IMG/VR virus record: IMGVR_UViG_3300025864_000001
Location: 1-64,000 of that record
DNA from: a virus
Strand: one strand, 5' to 3'
DNA: 64,000 bases
The translations under genes and the position numbers were made by a program. The notes under the pieces were generated by a model. The model made no database searches. It was not told the DNA's origin and was given only the letters and a program-made list of their open reading frames with translations. This document shows, in pieces, positions 1 through 10,062 of the stretch (within the stretch, counting starts at the first letter, position 1; each line of letters starts with the position of its first letter).

Positions 1-560
1 CCCATAGATTCCTTTATGATCTGTGTGTGATTGGAATATTCCCATGTTCCTGATACTGCACCTGTTGGCTGTCCTGATCCTTCAGAGAAGGCACTGGATA
101 TAATCACAATTTCTTCTCCTGCGGTGAGTGCGGGGAACTGGTCGGTTATCTCATTGAGACGTACCGTTATTACCGGGGCTCCCGGAACGCCTACGTTTCT
201 GGTAATGACTATTCCTGTAACCTCATTTGGAAATAAGATTTCGTCATATAACCTAACATAAAAATTGTTATTAGAGTCAAGGTCAATCGGGTCAAGTGTA
301 AACGATATGTTTGCGCCCACTGCGGGTTGTGCAACATTAGCGAGAACATGAATAACCTCGTGAATATGATTGTCTTCAAAGTGTCCGTATGTGTCTTGTG
401 ATACCGGCAGTTCAAATCCCATGGATCTGATTAACTGAAAGTACGATGCTCCCTGATCTCCGAACCTGTTGAATAACACGTTCATTATCTCCGGCTTATG
501 AATATCAAAGCCTGATACGATATCTGAGGCATATATTTGAGCAATAGCTTCTGGTCCCAT
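1..560 (-). CDS. Major capsid protein, N-terminal part (runs off left edge; absent from ORF track)
   Basis: Manual translation from ATG at 560: MGPEAIAQIYASDIVSGFDIHKPEIMNVLFNRFGDQ...SAFSEGSGQPTGAVSGTWEYSNHTQIIKESM, open to the edge; EG..P...NxTQI.K pattern of HK97-type capsid proteins; follows terminase-portal-scaffold. Confidence 0.8.
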   Translation of the reverse strand, partial: MGPEAIAQIYASDIVSGFDIHKPEIMNVLFNRFGDQGASYFQLIRSMGFELPVSQDTYGHFEDNHIHEVIHVLANVAQPAVGANISFTLDPIDLDSNNNFYVRLYDEILFPNEVTGIVITRNVGVPGAPVITVRLNEITDQFPALTAGEEIVIISSAFSEGSGQPTGAVSGTWEYSNHTQIIKESM

Positions 561-626
561 TTGTTTAATTTTTAATTATGAATACTATCAAAATACATTG
601 CCTCTTGTGATTACTGTCTTAAAAAA

Positions 627-1844
627 CTACCTTTTAAATTCCATCTCGTAAGCCTTCTGACGTTGCTCCTCCTCAGTTGATAACACTTTTGCTGCTGGTG
701 CAGTATCGTTGTTCTTCGGAGAAGGATTGTGGTAAACTTTTAATATCTCCTCTTCGGTCATACTTCTTGCACGCTCAAATATGGCGTGATAGATTTCCTC
801 CCGGTGAGTAAATAATATGTCGGAGTACATTGCTTCTGCAACACTCGTGACGTTTGCTTGGTTAACTTCCATCTGGTTGCTAACTACATAGTCAAGAGCA
901 TTCTTTAATACAACCTTCTGCGACTCCTCTGGTAATACAAAGTTGACGATAGGTTCTTTTCCTCCTTTGAGGGTTATCGGAATCTTTGCAAACTCCGCAC
1001 CCATCTTTTCGTTTACCTCTGTCCATGCGGTTGTCTGGGATTTCTCAATCTCAGGTGTCCACTTGGACTTGTTAGCAGGCTCATCTGCTGAAAACTCTGG
1101 CATTTTAATCTTCCCTTTGAGTTCCTGAAGTTTGGTTTTTGCTTTCCCTCCATCGGTTGTTACACCTATAAGGTTCGACTCATAATCCAACTTGTTTTGT
1201 TCCAGTTCCTCTTGGGTAAGGTCGCCAGATTCTACCCTTTTGGGATCAATCTTTGAAGAATCCACGTTGTATTTCGTCTCGAAATACCTGCGTACCTGTG
1301 GTTCCTTTCCTGCCGATGAAGGATTCTCAATAATGTGCTGCATGACTAAAGCATCCATGTCTCCCATGTTTGCCACATCAGTAACATTTAACTTATTGAA
1401 AACCGCTGCATCTTTAATGCCCGTGTCACGCACAAACTCATTAAGCTTGGCAAGGTCGTCACTCGCGAAATTATGTTTCGGCTTTGCCTTTAACTGAGTC
1501 TCAAGTGTCTGGTTCTTCTGTCTCAGAGTCTCCAGTTCCTGAAGTGATGCGGGTATATTTGCTTTTTTAAAATCCTCAACTGTCTTAAACTGCTCACCCC
1601 ACATCTCATGGAGCATGGCAGCGCGGATAGTCTCTGGGTTTAGTACGTTCTTTGGATCAACCGGAGGCACGGGTGGTGCTGCCGGAGGTGTTGTTGGGGG
1701 TGTAGCAGGTGGAGTTGCCGGAGGTGTTGCCGGAGGTTCTTCGCCTTTCCCTCTTATCTGTTCTGCGATTTTTGCCGAATCGACACCTTCAATGCTCATT
1801 AGAGCTTCCATTTCTGCGTCTCTGCCGTCATTCTTTTTTGCCAT
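627..1844 (-). CDS. Putative capsid scaffold/assembly protein
   Basis: Acidic, coiled-coil, Pro-rich N-terminus; lies between portal and MCP as in crAss-like phages. Confidence 0.6.
   Translation of the reverse strand: MAKKNDGRDAEMEALMSIEGVDSAKIAEQIRGKGEEPPATPPATPPATPPTTPPAAPPVPPVDPKNVLNPETIRAAMLHEMWGEQFKTVEDFKKANIPASLQELETLRQKNQTLETQLKAKPKHNFASDDLAKLNEFVRDTGIKDAAVFNKLNVTDVANMGDMDALVMQHIIENPSSAGKEPQVRRYFETKYNVDSSKIDPKRVESGDLTQEELEQNKLDYESNLIGVTTDGGKAKTKLQELKGKIKMPEFSADEPANKSKWTPEIEKSQTTAWTEVNEKMGAEFAKIPITLKGGKEPIVNFVLPEESQKVVLKNALDYVVSNQMEVNQANVTSVAEAMYSDILFTHREEIYHAIFERARSMTEEEILKVYHNPSPKNNDTAPAAKVLSTEEEQRQKAYEMEFKR
1669..1740. repeat. 12-bp degenerate coding repeat (PPAT/PPTT units)
   Basis: gccggaggtgtt-like units encode PPATPPATPPATPPTTPPAAPP. 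Confidence 0.8.
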
Positions 1845-1867
1845 AGCATCAAATTATTTTGATTTTA

Positions 1868-1875
1868 CAAATGTA
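1868..1875 (-). promoter_or_regulatory. Bacteroidota -7 promoter box TACATTTG for scaffold/MCP
   Basis: Matches TAnnTTTG, 23 nt upstream of ATG at 1844. Confidence 0.6.
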
Positions 1876-1882
1876 AAGAAAA

Positions 1883-4165
1883 TTACTGTGTTGGTGCGGG
1901 TACTTGCTGTTCTGCCGATTTCTGAATTATCCCAAGGCTACTATTAAGTCCGGCCAACTCCATATCTCTTTTGTGTTGTAACTGAGCATAACTCTCATCA
2001 ATCTGTTTTTTGGCTTCATATAATCTTATTGCATCATCCGTCTTAGCTTTTTGTAGAACTTGAGCTGCCTCAGATTTGAGTTTAATATCTCCCTGTTCCC
2101 GTTGTTTATCCAAGTCCATGTTCTCTCTCTGTAACTTTAGCTGTCTCTCTTTGTTCTTTTTGCTTTTATGGTTCAAAAATGCCTCTGCATATTTTAGACT
2201 TCCCGACTCCAAAAGTCTTTCTATCATCAAAAAGTCCGGTAACTCAATTCCGATTATCCCATCCCTATCAGGTGACATTGCTGTGATCGCTGCCTGACGG
2301 ATAACATCTTTTCGTTCCTTGGTCGGTTTTGCCTCATATTTGATGAAATAATCCGCATCCACGGCATCTGCACCAACGCTTATTATCTGCACTCCAATAG
2401 TCCCTATCACTGGCATATAGCCTGTATAAGCCTCTTTATCGTGCTTAATAAGCAGTTGCATCCTCAATGATATATTCTTTGCAGTTTGCTCTTTAATGGT
2501 CAGATAACCACTATAAATATATCGCAATGCGTTATTTGTGGCTGCCATAGCAATCTCTGATCCACCTACCGACTGTTCGGGATTTGGTGTTGAGGCATCA
2601 GCGATCTGACTTATACCCGTCATGTCACGTATGGCATTAGCATTAAAGTCCCATACGGCAATGAACTCGGTTAACTGTGGTCCAATACCTCCTATTAACT
2701 CCTGTATCGGTCTATAACCTCCCGGTGCGTTAGGTATTCCTCTATGCGTGGTGGACTTATATAGTAAGTCTCCGGTCTGTGTCAGTATCTTCAAAAGGTC
2801 TAACGGTTGTAACTTATTACCTCCCAGAGTCATGTTCTGTAATGCGGTAAACTCAATGGCAATACCTGAAGGTCTGGCTTTAGCAATAGCGTTTTGTAGT
2901 TTGAAATAAGCGAGTACCATCTGGTGTACGTGTGTCTCTGCAAGGCTTACAAGTGATCTGAATGGTAGTTTGTAAAGGTGATATGACAACTCCACTTCTT
3001 TCTTGCCCGGACGTGGCACGTCATACTGTAATCCAAAATCGTACGTGTAGTCAGTACCAATTATCCACTTGCATTTATAAACAACTTTTATGTCAAACTT
3101 ATCAGTCTTTTTCTTCTCAGTGTCATAAACGACTCCCCATTTCTCATCGTACATGTTCTCCGTGCCATCGGGTGATTTTCTCTTGGTCTTATAGGTGCTG
3201 TTTGTCGAACACCACTCCGAGTCCATCACATCAACCAAAGTGCCATCATAATTACCCGTATGGGCATCATCGTCATAAGTATAATTATCAAGACCGGGGC
3301 TGTACTGCCGTGCCAGTGCGATTAATTCACTTTCCGGTATGTCAGGATTGAGTTTACGAAGATCCGAGATAAGCACCTGTATGATCTCGCCTCCATATCC
3401 CATGTTTTTATGATTGTTGTGTTTTGAATATTGTCCTACAAAACAGGCAGGATCAACATACCGTACCCTTACTTTTTTGGTGTACTGATCGGTATAGTCT
3501 TTTGTGGCTAAGCAGTTTATCACGCACGCATCCCTGATGATCTGTTTCTTAATCTCTTTCCAGTCGGATATGTAGAACGTGTAATCAAGTCCCTGTTCAA
3601 TCTCTGTCTCTTTTGCGAGTTTAAATCCACCAGCTCCTTCGTATAGATTCAGTTCCTCCATTGACTCAGGGACATACTCTCCTGACCTGTCAATGCCCAT
3701 GGATTTATCAATATAATCAAGTATTTCTTTGAACTTCATCCGGTACTGCATGTCTAACTTAGCAGCCTCTTTTTCATCTGTACTGGAAGGATCAACGGCT
3801 GTGGCGACTACCTGATGATCGGTCTGCTCCATCATGCCCTCAACGACTCTTAGAAACTTAGGAAGGATTGAAGGGATGTCCCAATTGATGTTCATGTAGC
3901 CTGTCATGGCTGCATTGGGATCGGCTATGTCGAGTAGTATTTTCTGATATTGTCTGACGCTCTGTCTGCCATCTGCCAACTCCCGTAATGCCGCAAACTC
4001 ACTTACGCTACTGAATGGTATTGCAGAATTTTTCCCTTGTTTATAACGAGCATACATGGCTTCACACCACTTCTTTCCCCATTTTTCATTCTTGTCAGCA
4101 GGGTTTATGTCATCCTTTGGGAAAGGATACCCGCCTTTGGTGTATGATTCGAGTGAGAATGCCAT
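1883..4165 (-). CDS. Portal protein
   Basis: 760 aa directly after TerL; YMNINWDIPSILPKF and IRDMTGI motifs and C-terminal coiled coil typical of crAss-like portals. Confidence 0.85.
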   Translation of the reverse strand: MAFSLESYTKGGYPFPKDDINPADKNEKWGKKWCEAMYARYKQGKNSAIPFSSVSEFAALRELADGRQSVRQYQKILLDIADPNAAMTGYMNINWDIPSILPKFLRVVEGMMEQTDHQVVATAVDPSSTDEKEAAKLDMQYRMKFKEILDYIDKSMGIDRSGEYVPESMEELNLYEGAGGFKLAKETEIEQGLDYTFYISDWKEIKKQIIRDACVINCLATKDYTDQYTKKVRVRYVDPACFVGQYSKHNNHKNMGYGGEIIQVLISDLRKLNPDIPESELIALARQYSPGLDNYTYDDDAHTGNYDGTLVDVMDSEWCSTNSTYKTKRKSPDGTENMYDEKWGVVYDTEKKKTDKFDIKVVYKCKWIIGTDYTYDFGLQYDVPRPGKKEVELSYHLYKLPFRSLVSLAETHVHQMVLAYFKLQNAIAKARPSGIAIEFTALQNMTLGGNKLQPLDLLKILTQTGDLLYKSTTHRGIPNAPGGYRPIQELIGGIGPQLTEFIAVWDFNANAIRDMTGISQIADASTPNPEQSVGGSEIAMAATNNALRYIYSGYLTIKEQTAKNISLRMQLLIKHDKEAYTGYMPVIGTIGVQIISVGADAVDADYFIKYEAKPTKERKDVIRQAAITAMSPDRDGIIGIELPDFLMIERLLESGSLKYAEAFLNHKSKKNKERQLKLQRENMDLDKQREQGDIKLKSEAAQVLQKAKTDDAIRLYEAKKQIDESYAQLQHKRDMELAGLNSSLGIIQKSAEQQVPAPTQ

Positions 4166-4189
4166 TTGTCTCAGATATTTTCAGTAAAG

Positions 4190-6511
4190 TTAATATTTTC
4201 TCATTGAACTGTAATCCCTTTTAGTCAAATAACTATCAAGGGTGAACTCCTTCTCATTCAACTCGGCAATCTCATCGTACAATCCACGAGTACCAATTAG
4301 TGCGTATCCGGCTGCTGTAAATAGGTCGTAATTAGTCATGTCTTCGGGTCCGTCAATGTCCCTGCATTCCTCCAATATCTCTATGTGAGTTTCTTCATCA
4401 GCCTCATTCTCAATCCATGTCATGTACTCGGTGAAAATATCCTGTTTAGTCCTGTTTGCGGTGTCTCCGGGAGTGACGCTTATCTTGAAAGTGTTCGGGT
4501 CTATCTTGTAAAGAAGATATCCCTCAAATCCCCTGTCACGAAAGTAGTCCCAAAGGAATGGCACATCTATCTCAGGGAACATCGGCACTCCAAAGTATAT
4601 GCACATCATCAGCATATCCTCACCATAAATGTTTTTGTCAAATGTTCTCTGAGCATAGGTGCAGGCAAACTTCCGCTTCATGGAGAAATTACCGTCTTTT
4701 ATCATGCCTTTCTTAACAACGGCACCACCTCCTTTTGACTTGCGGTTACCTTTGGTTATGTTGAATTTGAACGGGTCGCCTCCTGCCACTCCCCAATGCG
4801 AGTTACCAGGTTTGCGTGTTTGTTCTTCATCACTCCAAAAACTCTTATTCGATTCGCTTTCGTTTAGCTGGTGGCTTATCCTGAACTTACCCTGTGGATT
4901 GGCTGTGAATATCACCCTGCTATCACGTATATTGTCCTTCCAACTCATATTGCCTACTGCAATATCCTGCCTTGCCATAGACAGGTTATCAATATAGGTT
5001 TCAAGTTTATTCATATTAAACCCTGATGACTTAGATGCCGTTCTGAAACACTCTGTAAATCGGGTAGGATAAAGCCTTATTTCTTCTGATAGCGATTCCT
5101 GATCGTCAACGAATGCCTTGCGCCTGTTAAACAGAAACTCCTTTGCGCCGACCTGCCTATTGACATATTCAGAGTGTTCGGCTATCAACGTGTTTATGAT
5201 CCTATTGCTTTGTTTATCAGCAGACTCTAACCTGTCATAAGCAATATATTTCGATTGTTCTTTTGTCGGGGTGTTTATAATACTATTACCATGCTTGTCA
5301 ATAAACCCTTCCAACCCATCGTAGGCAGGAATGAATAATGTAGCGAGTCCTGATCTGGTCTGCCCGTTCTGTGTACGTTCATAGAATTTACTCATCATAC
5401 ACTGGTGCTTAAATGCCTTGCCTCCACCCTTCTCCATCTCCCCTACCGTGGATGTCTTAACAGTAAATCCAATTATCTTTGCTCCAATAGAAAGACATTC
5501 TTTTACAACGGTGTGCCTGTCCCAGCACGACAATCCTTTTTTAAGTTTCCCCACCTCATCATCGTGATGAAAATACAACTTATCACCATCATAAGCTGAG
5601 GCATCGGCCATCTCATAATTGATGCTCGATTCAAGTCCAAGTTCTGATGTTGCTAATGCACCACGTGATGAAAGTCTTTTCGCCGGAGGAGAAAATGATA
5701 GTTCGGTTTTTGGAGACGTTGACCCTTCATAGTTAGGTTTGAAGAAGAATGGTAATTTTTTCCATGGTGCTACAAGATGTCTGAGAAAGCATTTGCGAGC
5801 CTGTATGTCATTCATGGACTGTATGCCTCCGAATGCTGCCATCGTGCGTGAGATGATCTCATAGCCGATACACTCAGCCTTATATGTTGCACCTTCACGT
5901 CTGTGTTTTGGGTAATTGAACCCGTAAAATAACCTTCTTCCAAAGTCCACCCAGATGTATTTCCCGTGTTTATCCTGCACCGCAAAGCCATCACTATTGA
6001 CCCTTGGTGCCTTTGCCTCAGTGTAGATATAACGTGCAAATAGAAAGAATCTCCTGTCCCTGTCTCTGTATTCTGGTAATCCGGTGTCTATCTTCCACCA
6101 TCCGCAATAGAAATAGTGCCATCCGTCAATGTATGTAGGTACGCCATTATTGTAAAACCAATAACCATAAAGCCTCCTGTCCCATTGTGTTTTAATAAAA
6201 TCAATCTCCTCAGTATAGATGTCCTTGTGATCTTCTAACTCCTCCCATATCTCATCAAGAGTCTCAAACTTGATCTGCAGTTCCTTTAATCGTTTTGGTA
6301 GTTTTGGAGGATGCCATATTTGTTCACTGGCAGGAAGTCCCCAATTATCTATCAGGTGTGGTTCTGGTGGCTCTGGCAGTGGCAGCAATATCGGTATAAG
6401 GTCTTTGTCATCGGTATTCACCCATACACCTTTCTCTGCATCCTCATACTGCGCGAGTATCTGAGCATCAACTTCTTTATAGTAGCGTTTTAAGAGTGCG
6501 AGATGATTCAT
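4190..6511 (-). CDS. terL: Terminase large subunit
   Basis: KHRREGAT Walker A, HHDDEVGK Walker B, TST coupling motif, FIPAY, GGDPF and C-terminal D of the RNase H nuclease; start taken at the ATGA overlap with the upstream gene. Confidence 0.9.
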   Translation of the reverse strand: MNHLALLKRYYKEVDAQILAQYEDAEKGVWVNTDDKDLIPILLPLPEPPEPHLIDNWGLPASEQIWHPPKLPKRLKELQIKFETLDEIWEELEDHKDIYTEEIDFIKTQWDRRLYGYWFYNNGVPTYIDGWHYFYCGWWKIDTGLPEYRDRDRRFFLFARYIYTEAKAPRVNSDGFAVQDKHGKYIWVDFGRRLFYGFNYPKHRREGATYKAECIGYEIISRTMAAFGGIQSMNDIQARKCFLRHLVAPWKKLPFFFKPNYEGSTSPKTELSFSPPAKRLSSRGALATSELGLESSINYEMADASAYDGDKLYFHHDDEVGKLKKGLSCWDRHTVVKECLSIGAKIIGFTVKTSTVGEMEKGGGKAFKHQCMMSKFYERTQNGQTRSGLATLFIPAYDGLEGFIDKHGNSIINTPTKEQSKYIAYDRLESADKQSNRIINTLIAEHSEYVNRQVGAKEFLFNRRKAFVDDQESLSEEIRLYPTRFTECFRTASKSSGFNMNKLETYIDNLSMARQDIAVGNMSWKDNIRDSRVIFTANPQGKFRISHQLNESESNKSFWSDEEQTRKPGNSHWGVAGGDPFKFNITKGNRKSKGGGAVVKKGMIKDGNFSMKRKFACTYAQRTFDKNIYGEDMLMMCIYFGVPMFPEIDVPFLWDYFRDRGFEGYLLYKIDPNTFKISVTPGDTANRTKQDIFTEYMTWIENEADEETHIEILEECRDIDGPEDMTNYDLFTAAGYALIGTRGLYDEIAELNEKEFTLDSYLTKRDYSSMRKY

Positions 6512-7233
6512 ATCGTAATCCAATATTTGCAATTCACATCATCTGTTTGTACCGGAAGTCCGGGAAACCAATCTGCAGGAAACACTGCCTTTGCCTTAGA
6601 TAGCCATGCACCCCACCAACTGAATGTACTATTTGAACCTATGATGTATTCTGCTTTTGTCAGTAAATAAAAATCTTCTATTGGGGTATTGCTTACATAT
6701 TCAAAATCTTCTTTTATGGTGTCTTTTGCTTTTTGTAAGTCATCAGTGATAACAATTACTTTCCTGTCCGGCAATCTCTTTAATGCCTCCATATAATACG
6801 CCTGACTCATATTATTAAATCCCATTGCAAGATACTGAGGTGCGTAGTTACGGCAATGAAGCAATACACAATCCTTATATGGCGTCTCCCCCCTGTCTTT
6901 TAGCGTGAAATAATGCCTGATCAAATCTGTACAATGTTCAAAATACTTTTCTGACTGCATATATCCCCAAATAGATGAATTATCCGGTATGTTGAATCCC
7001 AAGAAGTTCCCTTCCGGTATCTCCACGTTCTGATAGTTTCCGGGAATTACGGGTGGCAATGGATTGACAAAATAATCCTGATTATTCCATGCCGGAAAAC
7101 CATATGAATAACCATTCTTTACAGCGATACCTATTGTCGAGGCAATAAAAAACAAAATATTACCAAAAGTATTGTCTCCTCTTTGGTCTGCTTTTGGTCG
7201 GTTATTAAACCATTCGTTCCTAAATGTTACCAT
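6508..7233 (-). CDS. Alpha-1,2-fucosyltransferase-like (GT11)
   Basis: FGNILF, GYMQSEKYF, HCR (HxR), SNSTFSWWGAWL motifs of GT11. Confidence 0.9.
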   Translation of the reverse strand: MVTFRNEWFNNRPKADQRGDNTFGNILFFIASTIGIAVKNGYSYGFPAWNNQDYFVNPLPPVIPGNYQNVEIPEGNFLGFNIPDNSSIWGYMQSEKYFEHCTDLIRHYFTLKDRGETPYKDCVLLHCRNYAPQYLAMGFNNMSQAYYMEALKRLPDRKVIVITDDLQKAKDTIKEDFEYVSNTPIEDFYLLTKAEYIIGSNSTFSWWGAWLSKAKAVFPADWFPGLPVQTDDVNCKYWITI

Positions 7234-7847
7234 GGTTTTAGATATAATGCGTCCCCCCATGTTTTCGGGGTATTGTCTGTTAATACTCTGGCAAATCCAA
7301 ACTCTTTCAAAAAGTTATCAAGATCACCTACAAGACAACACCCTTTATAAACTTCTTCAAAGTTAACTTCTGTATAGATAATATCAATGGATGAAAGTGT
7401 TTCGACTGCTCCTTTAAAAACCTCAAGTTCATATCCCTGAACGTCAATATTGATCATGTTATAGAATTTCCTTTGATAGGCAATGTCGTCTAACTTGCAA
7501 ACTTTCACAGTCTCTTTTTTATCAAAGACTATTTCAGGATATTGCTTTAAATGAGTCCCCGGTTCGAGCAATGAACAACTCTGCCCTTTATTAATCGTCT
7601 CTACAAACATTTCTTTTTCACCTACTTCATTCCCAAGGGCTATGTTGAATATCCGTATGTAATCATCTATGGCTATCCTACGATGTAATTCATCACAGTT
7701 CGCAGCGATTGGTTCAAAGAAAATCATGTTCTTAATGCCTTGTTTTTTATAATCCTCATACTCCTCGCCATAATGAGCTCCAATATGCAATACACCTCGT
7801 ATATTCAGATTAAAGTCTTTTACTATTTTATCAAGTTTTATAAGCAT
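7227..7847 (-). CDS. FkbM-family methyltransferase
   Basis: HIGAHYG, FEP, NIDVQGYELEVFKG, WGDALY. Confidence 0.9.
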   Translation of the reverse strand: MLIKLDKIVKDFNLNIRGVLHIGAHYGEEYEDYKKQGIKNMIFFEPIAANCDELHRRIAIDDYIRIFNIALGNEVGEKEMFVETINKGQSCSLLEPGTHLKQYPEIVFDKKETVKVCKLDDIAYQRKFYNMINIDVQGYELEVFKGAVETLSSIDIIYTEVNFEEVYKGCCLVGDLDNFLKEFGFARVLTDNTPKTWGDALYLKPW

Positions 7848-8377
7848 TTTGCAACAAGTATATCGTTTGGATAAAAAATATTCAGATTGTAATCATAACC
7901 ATCTTCAAATGTGAAAACATAACTCGGATTTATTTCCTCTATTTTTTTTATTAAATCAGAGGTGTCAAATCCACGTGTTGCTTTGTGCCATCCACGAAGG
8001 TCATCAATCAATATGGTATGTGTCTTTATGGGATGTTCTTTTATTTCATCCAACTCTTGTAAAAGTGGTGAATTGACCCTTCCTACGGCCGTCCCTACTC
8101 CGCAATAATGACCATCAAGCCAAAAAGTTATCGGAACTGTAATGTTATTTATGACTTTTGATAATTCATTTGAAGAATCGCCTTGTATCAAAATAACTTT
8201 ACTATTATTTATAAATCTTTTTGCACATTGCTCGTGAAGTTCCAAGGATAGTTCAATAGAATAAACCATATTAAATCCCTCATCTAATGCTTGCTGCACG
8301 CCATCCCCATGAAATGTTCCCGTCTCGACGAAAACCGGGTTAGAATACTTTTTAAACAATCCTTTACTTGCTGACAT
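7838..8377 (-). CDS. Class I SAM-dependent methyltransferase-like protein
   Basis: FVETGTFHGDG, SIEL, GDS, FWLDGH, ILIDD. Confidence 0.75.
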   Translation of the reverse strand: MSASKGLFKKYSNPVFVETGTFHGDGVQQALDEGFNMVYSIELSLELHEQCAKRFINNSKVILIQGDSSNELSKVINNITVPITFWLDGHYCGVGTAVGRVNSPLLQELDEIKEHPIKTHTILIDDLRGWHKATRGFDTSDLIKKIEEINPSYVFTFEDGYDYNLNIFYPNDILVAKCL

Positions 8378-8960
8378 TGGTATAACGATTAAAATGATTA
8401 ATGATCTGAGTGTAATCTACGTTCATTTCCTCTATATCTGAAAATCCGGGTCTTTGTGTTGCCACAAGTGGACTAACAATAAAACAATTAAATTTTTCCT
8501 GCACCTCTGTAAAGTAAAACACATCAAGCGTATTACGTTCCAATGAACTCCTAAAAAAACGATCGCAATTATTGAGAATATAATCCACAACCCTTTCGGA
8601 ATTATAGATTATCGCATGTGCGCAATAGGCACCCCTGAGTCTGAATAGATTTTCGGAATATTTTTTAATGGGTTGCATTAATGTTGCTCCAAGGTATAAT
8701 AAGTCCCAATCATCTGGCAATTGGCTCATTGCATTTACTACTACTTCCCATGGATGCAATAATACACAGTCATCCTCAAATATGATAAATGGAAATTCAT
8801 TTTCTATGGCGAGTATAGTGAGTTGCGATTCGGTGCATCCCTGCCATCCTGGGTTTGTCTTAATAGCATTAAACCGTTCAACTTCAAAAGGAAATATGTT
8901 TCCTTGGAACTCAATCATCCTATCAGGTCTGCTTTCAAGATTTATTACATACGCTTTCAT
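8364..8960 (-). CDS. Glycosyltransferase family 25
   Basis: YVINLESRPDR, GC..S, IFEDD, WDLLYLG, Q..GFSDI. Confidence 0.9.
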   Translation of the reverse strand: MKAYVINLESRPDRMIEFQGNIFPFEVERFNAIKTNPGWQGCTESQLTILAIENEFPFIIFEDDCVLLHPWEVVVNAMSQLPDDWDLLYLGATLMQPIKKYSENLFRLRGAYCAHAIIYNSERVVDYILNNCDRFFRSSLERNTLDVFYFTEVQEKFNCFIVSPLVATQRPGFSDIEEMNVDYTQIINHFNRYTNVSK

Positions 8961-10060
8961 AATTCTTGTGACCATTTTAAAAGTTCATTATAAGAGTGCT
9001 CATAGGTATAAAATGGTGCTCCTGACTCCAAATAAACATCATCACTCATCCCATATTCCTTTGCTTTAATGTATAGGCTCGTATTCGGTAGTACCCAAGC
9101 AATGTTTGGCCCATATTGAGTTATCCTGCTCCGAATCCTATTCTTTCGTGTCTCTTCTATATTCAGATACGTGTCGCCCGGTAATCCTACTAAAAATAGA
9201 CTCATTGTACTTATCCCTGCGTTCTCCGCAATCTCTACTCCTCTTAACATCTTTTCTACTGTGGTGTTTTTGCCCATTCGGTCAAGCGCATCCTGACTTA
9301 ATGATTCAATACCAAAATGTACTTTTCTACATCCGGCACGATATAGTTCTACGGCAAGTTCTTCATCCATGGATTCGGCACGTCCTACACACTGCCACTT
9401 CATTTCTCCGTCAAGTGATGAACATATCTCAAAGACTCTTTTTTTATTTGCGGTGAAATTATCATCATAAAATATCCATGTCTTATATCCCTCTGATTTG
9501 CGTTTTTCTATTTCGAGTATTACATTTTCGGCTGAACGCATCCGGTATGTATGACCCCAAAATTCAGTTGACCCACAAAAGTTACACTGAAACGGGCATC
9601 CTCTTGATGATATTACAGGGATGCCTTGTGTGCCATAGAATTTTAATCCAGTGTAATCAGGAAGCGGAATTTCATTTATCCCATAGAAATATTTATGGTC
9701 GCAATTACTCACAATGTCTGATTCGTTTCCCTGAATGATATCAATAATCGCATTCTCTCCCTCTCCTGCCACAACCTGATCGTAACCTATGATTAACATT
9801 TGATTGGGCAATGCTGATGGGTGATGTCCTCCACAAATTAGTTTCCCCTTAAACTTATCCCTTATCTGTCTGGCGTATTTTACCGAAAAACTATGAAACG
9901 AAACTGCTACCAAATCATAACTCTCGGTATCAATCATTGCATCGGGCAAGTCTTTTACCACAACATCAACTTTCCAATGCTTTAGTGTAGCTTGTAGATA
10001 GCCGATTGAAGGTGGTGGAAATTCCCCTGTTTCCCATGGATTGATAAGTAGTACTCTCAT
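8957..10060 (-). CDS. B12-binding radical SAM protein (class B methyltransferase-like)
   Basis: N-terminal cobalamin domain (LLINP..PPSIGY, GGHHPS, GEGE) plus SRGCPFQCNFC, DDNF, GIES, GLPGDT; true start MRVLLINP at 10060. Confidence 0.9.
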   Translation of the reverse strand: MRVLLINPWETGEFPPPSIGYLQATLKHWKVDVVVKDLPDAMIDTESYDLVAVSFHSFSVKYARQIRDKFKGKLICGGHHPSALPNQMLIIGYDQVVAGEGENAIIDIIQGNESDIVSNCDHKYFYGINEIPLPDYTGLKFYGTQGIPVISSRGCPFQCNFCGSTEFWGHTYRMRSAENVILEIEKRKSEGYKTWIFYDDNFTANKKRVFEICSSLDGEMKWQCVGRAESMDEELAVELYRAGCRKVHFGIESLSQDALDRMGKNTTVEKMLRGVEIAENAGISTMSLFLVGLPGDTYLNIEETRKNRIRSRITQYGPNIAWVLPNTSLYIKAKEYGMSDDVYLESGAPFYTYEHSYNELLKWSQEL

Positions 10061-10062
10061 AA

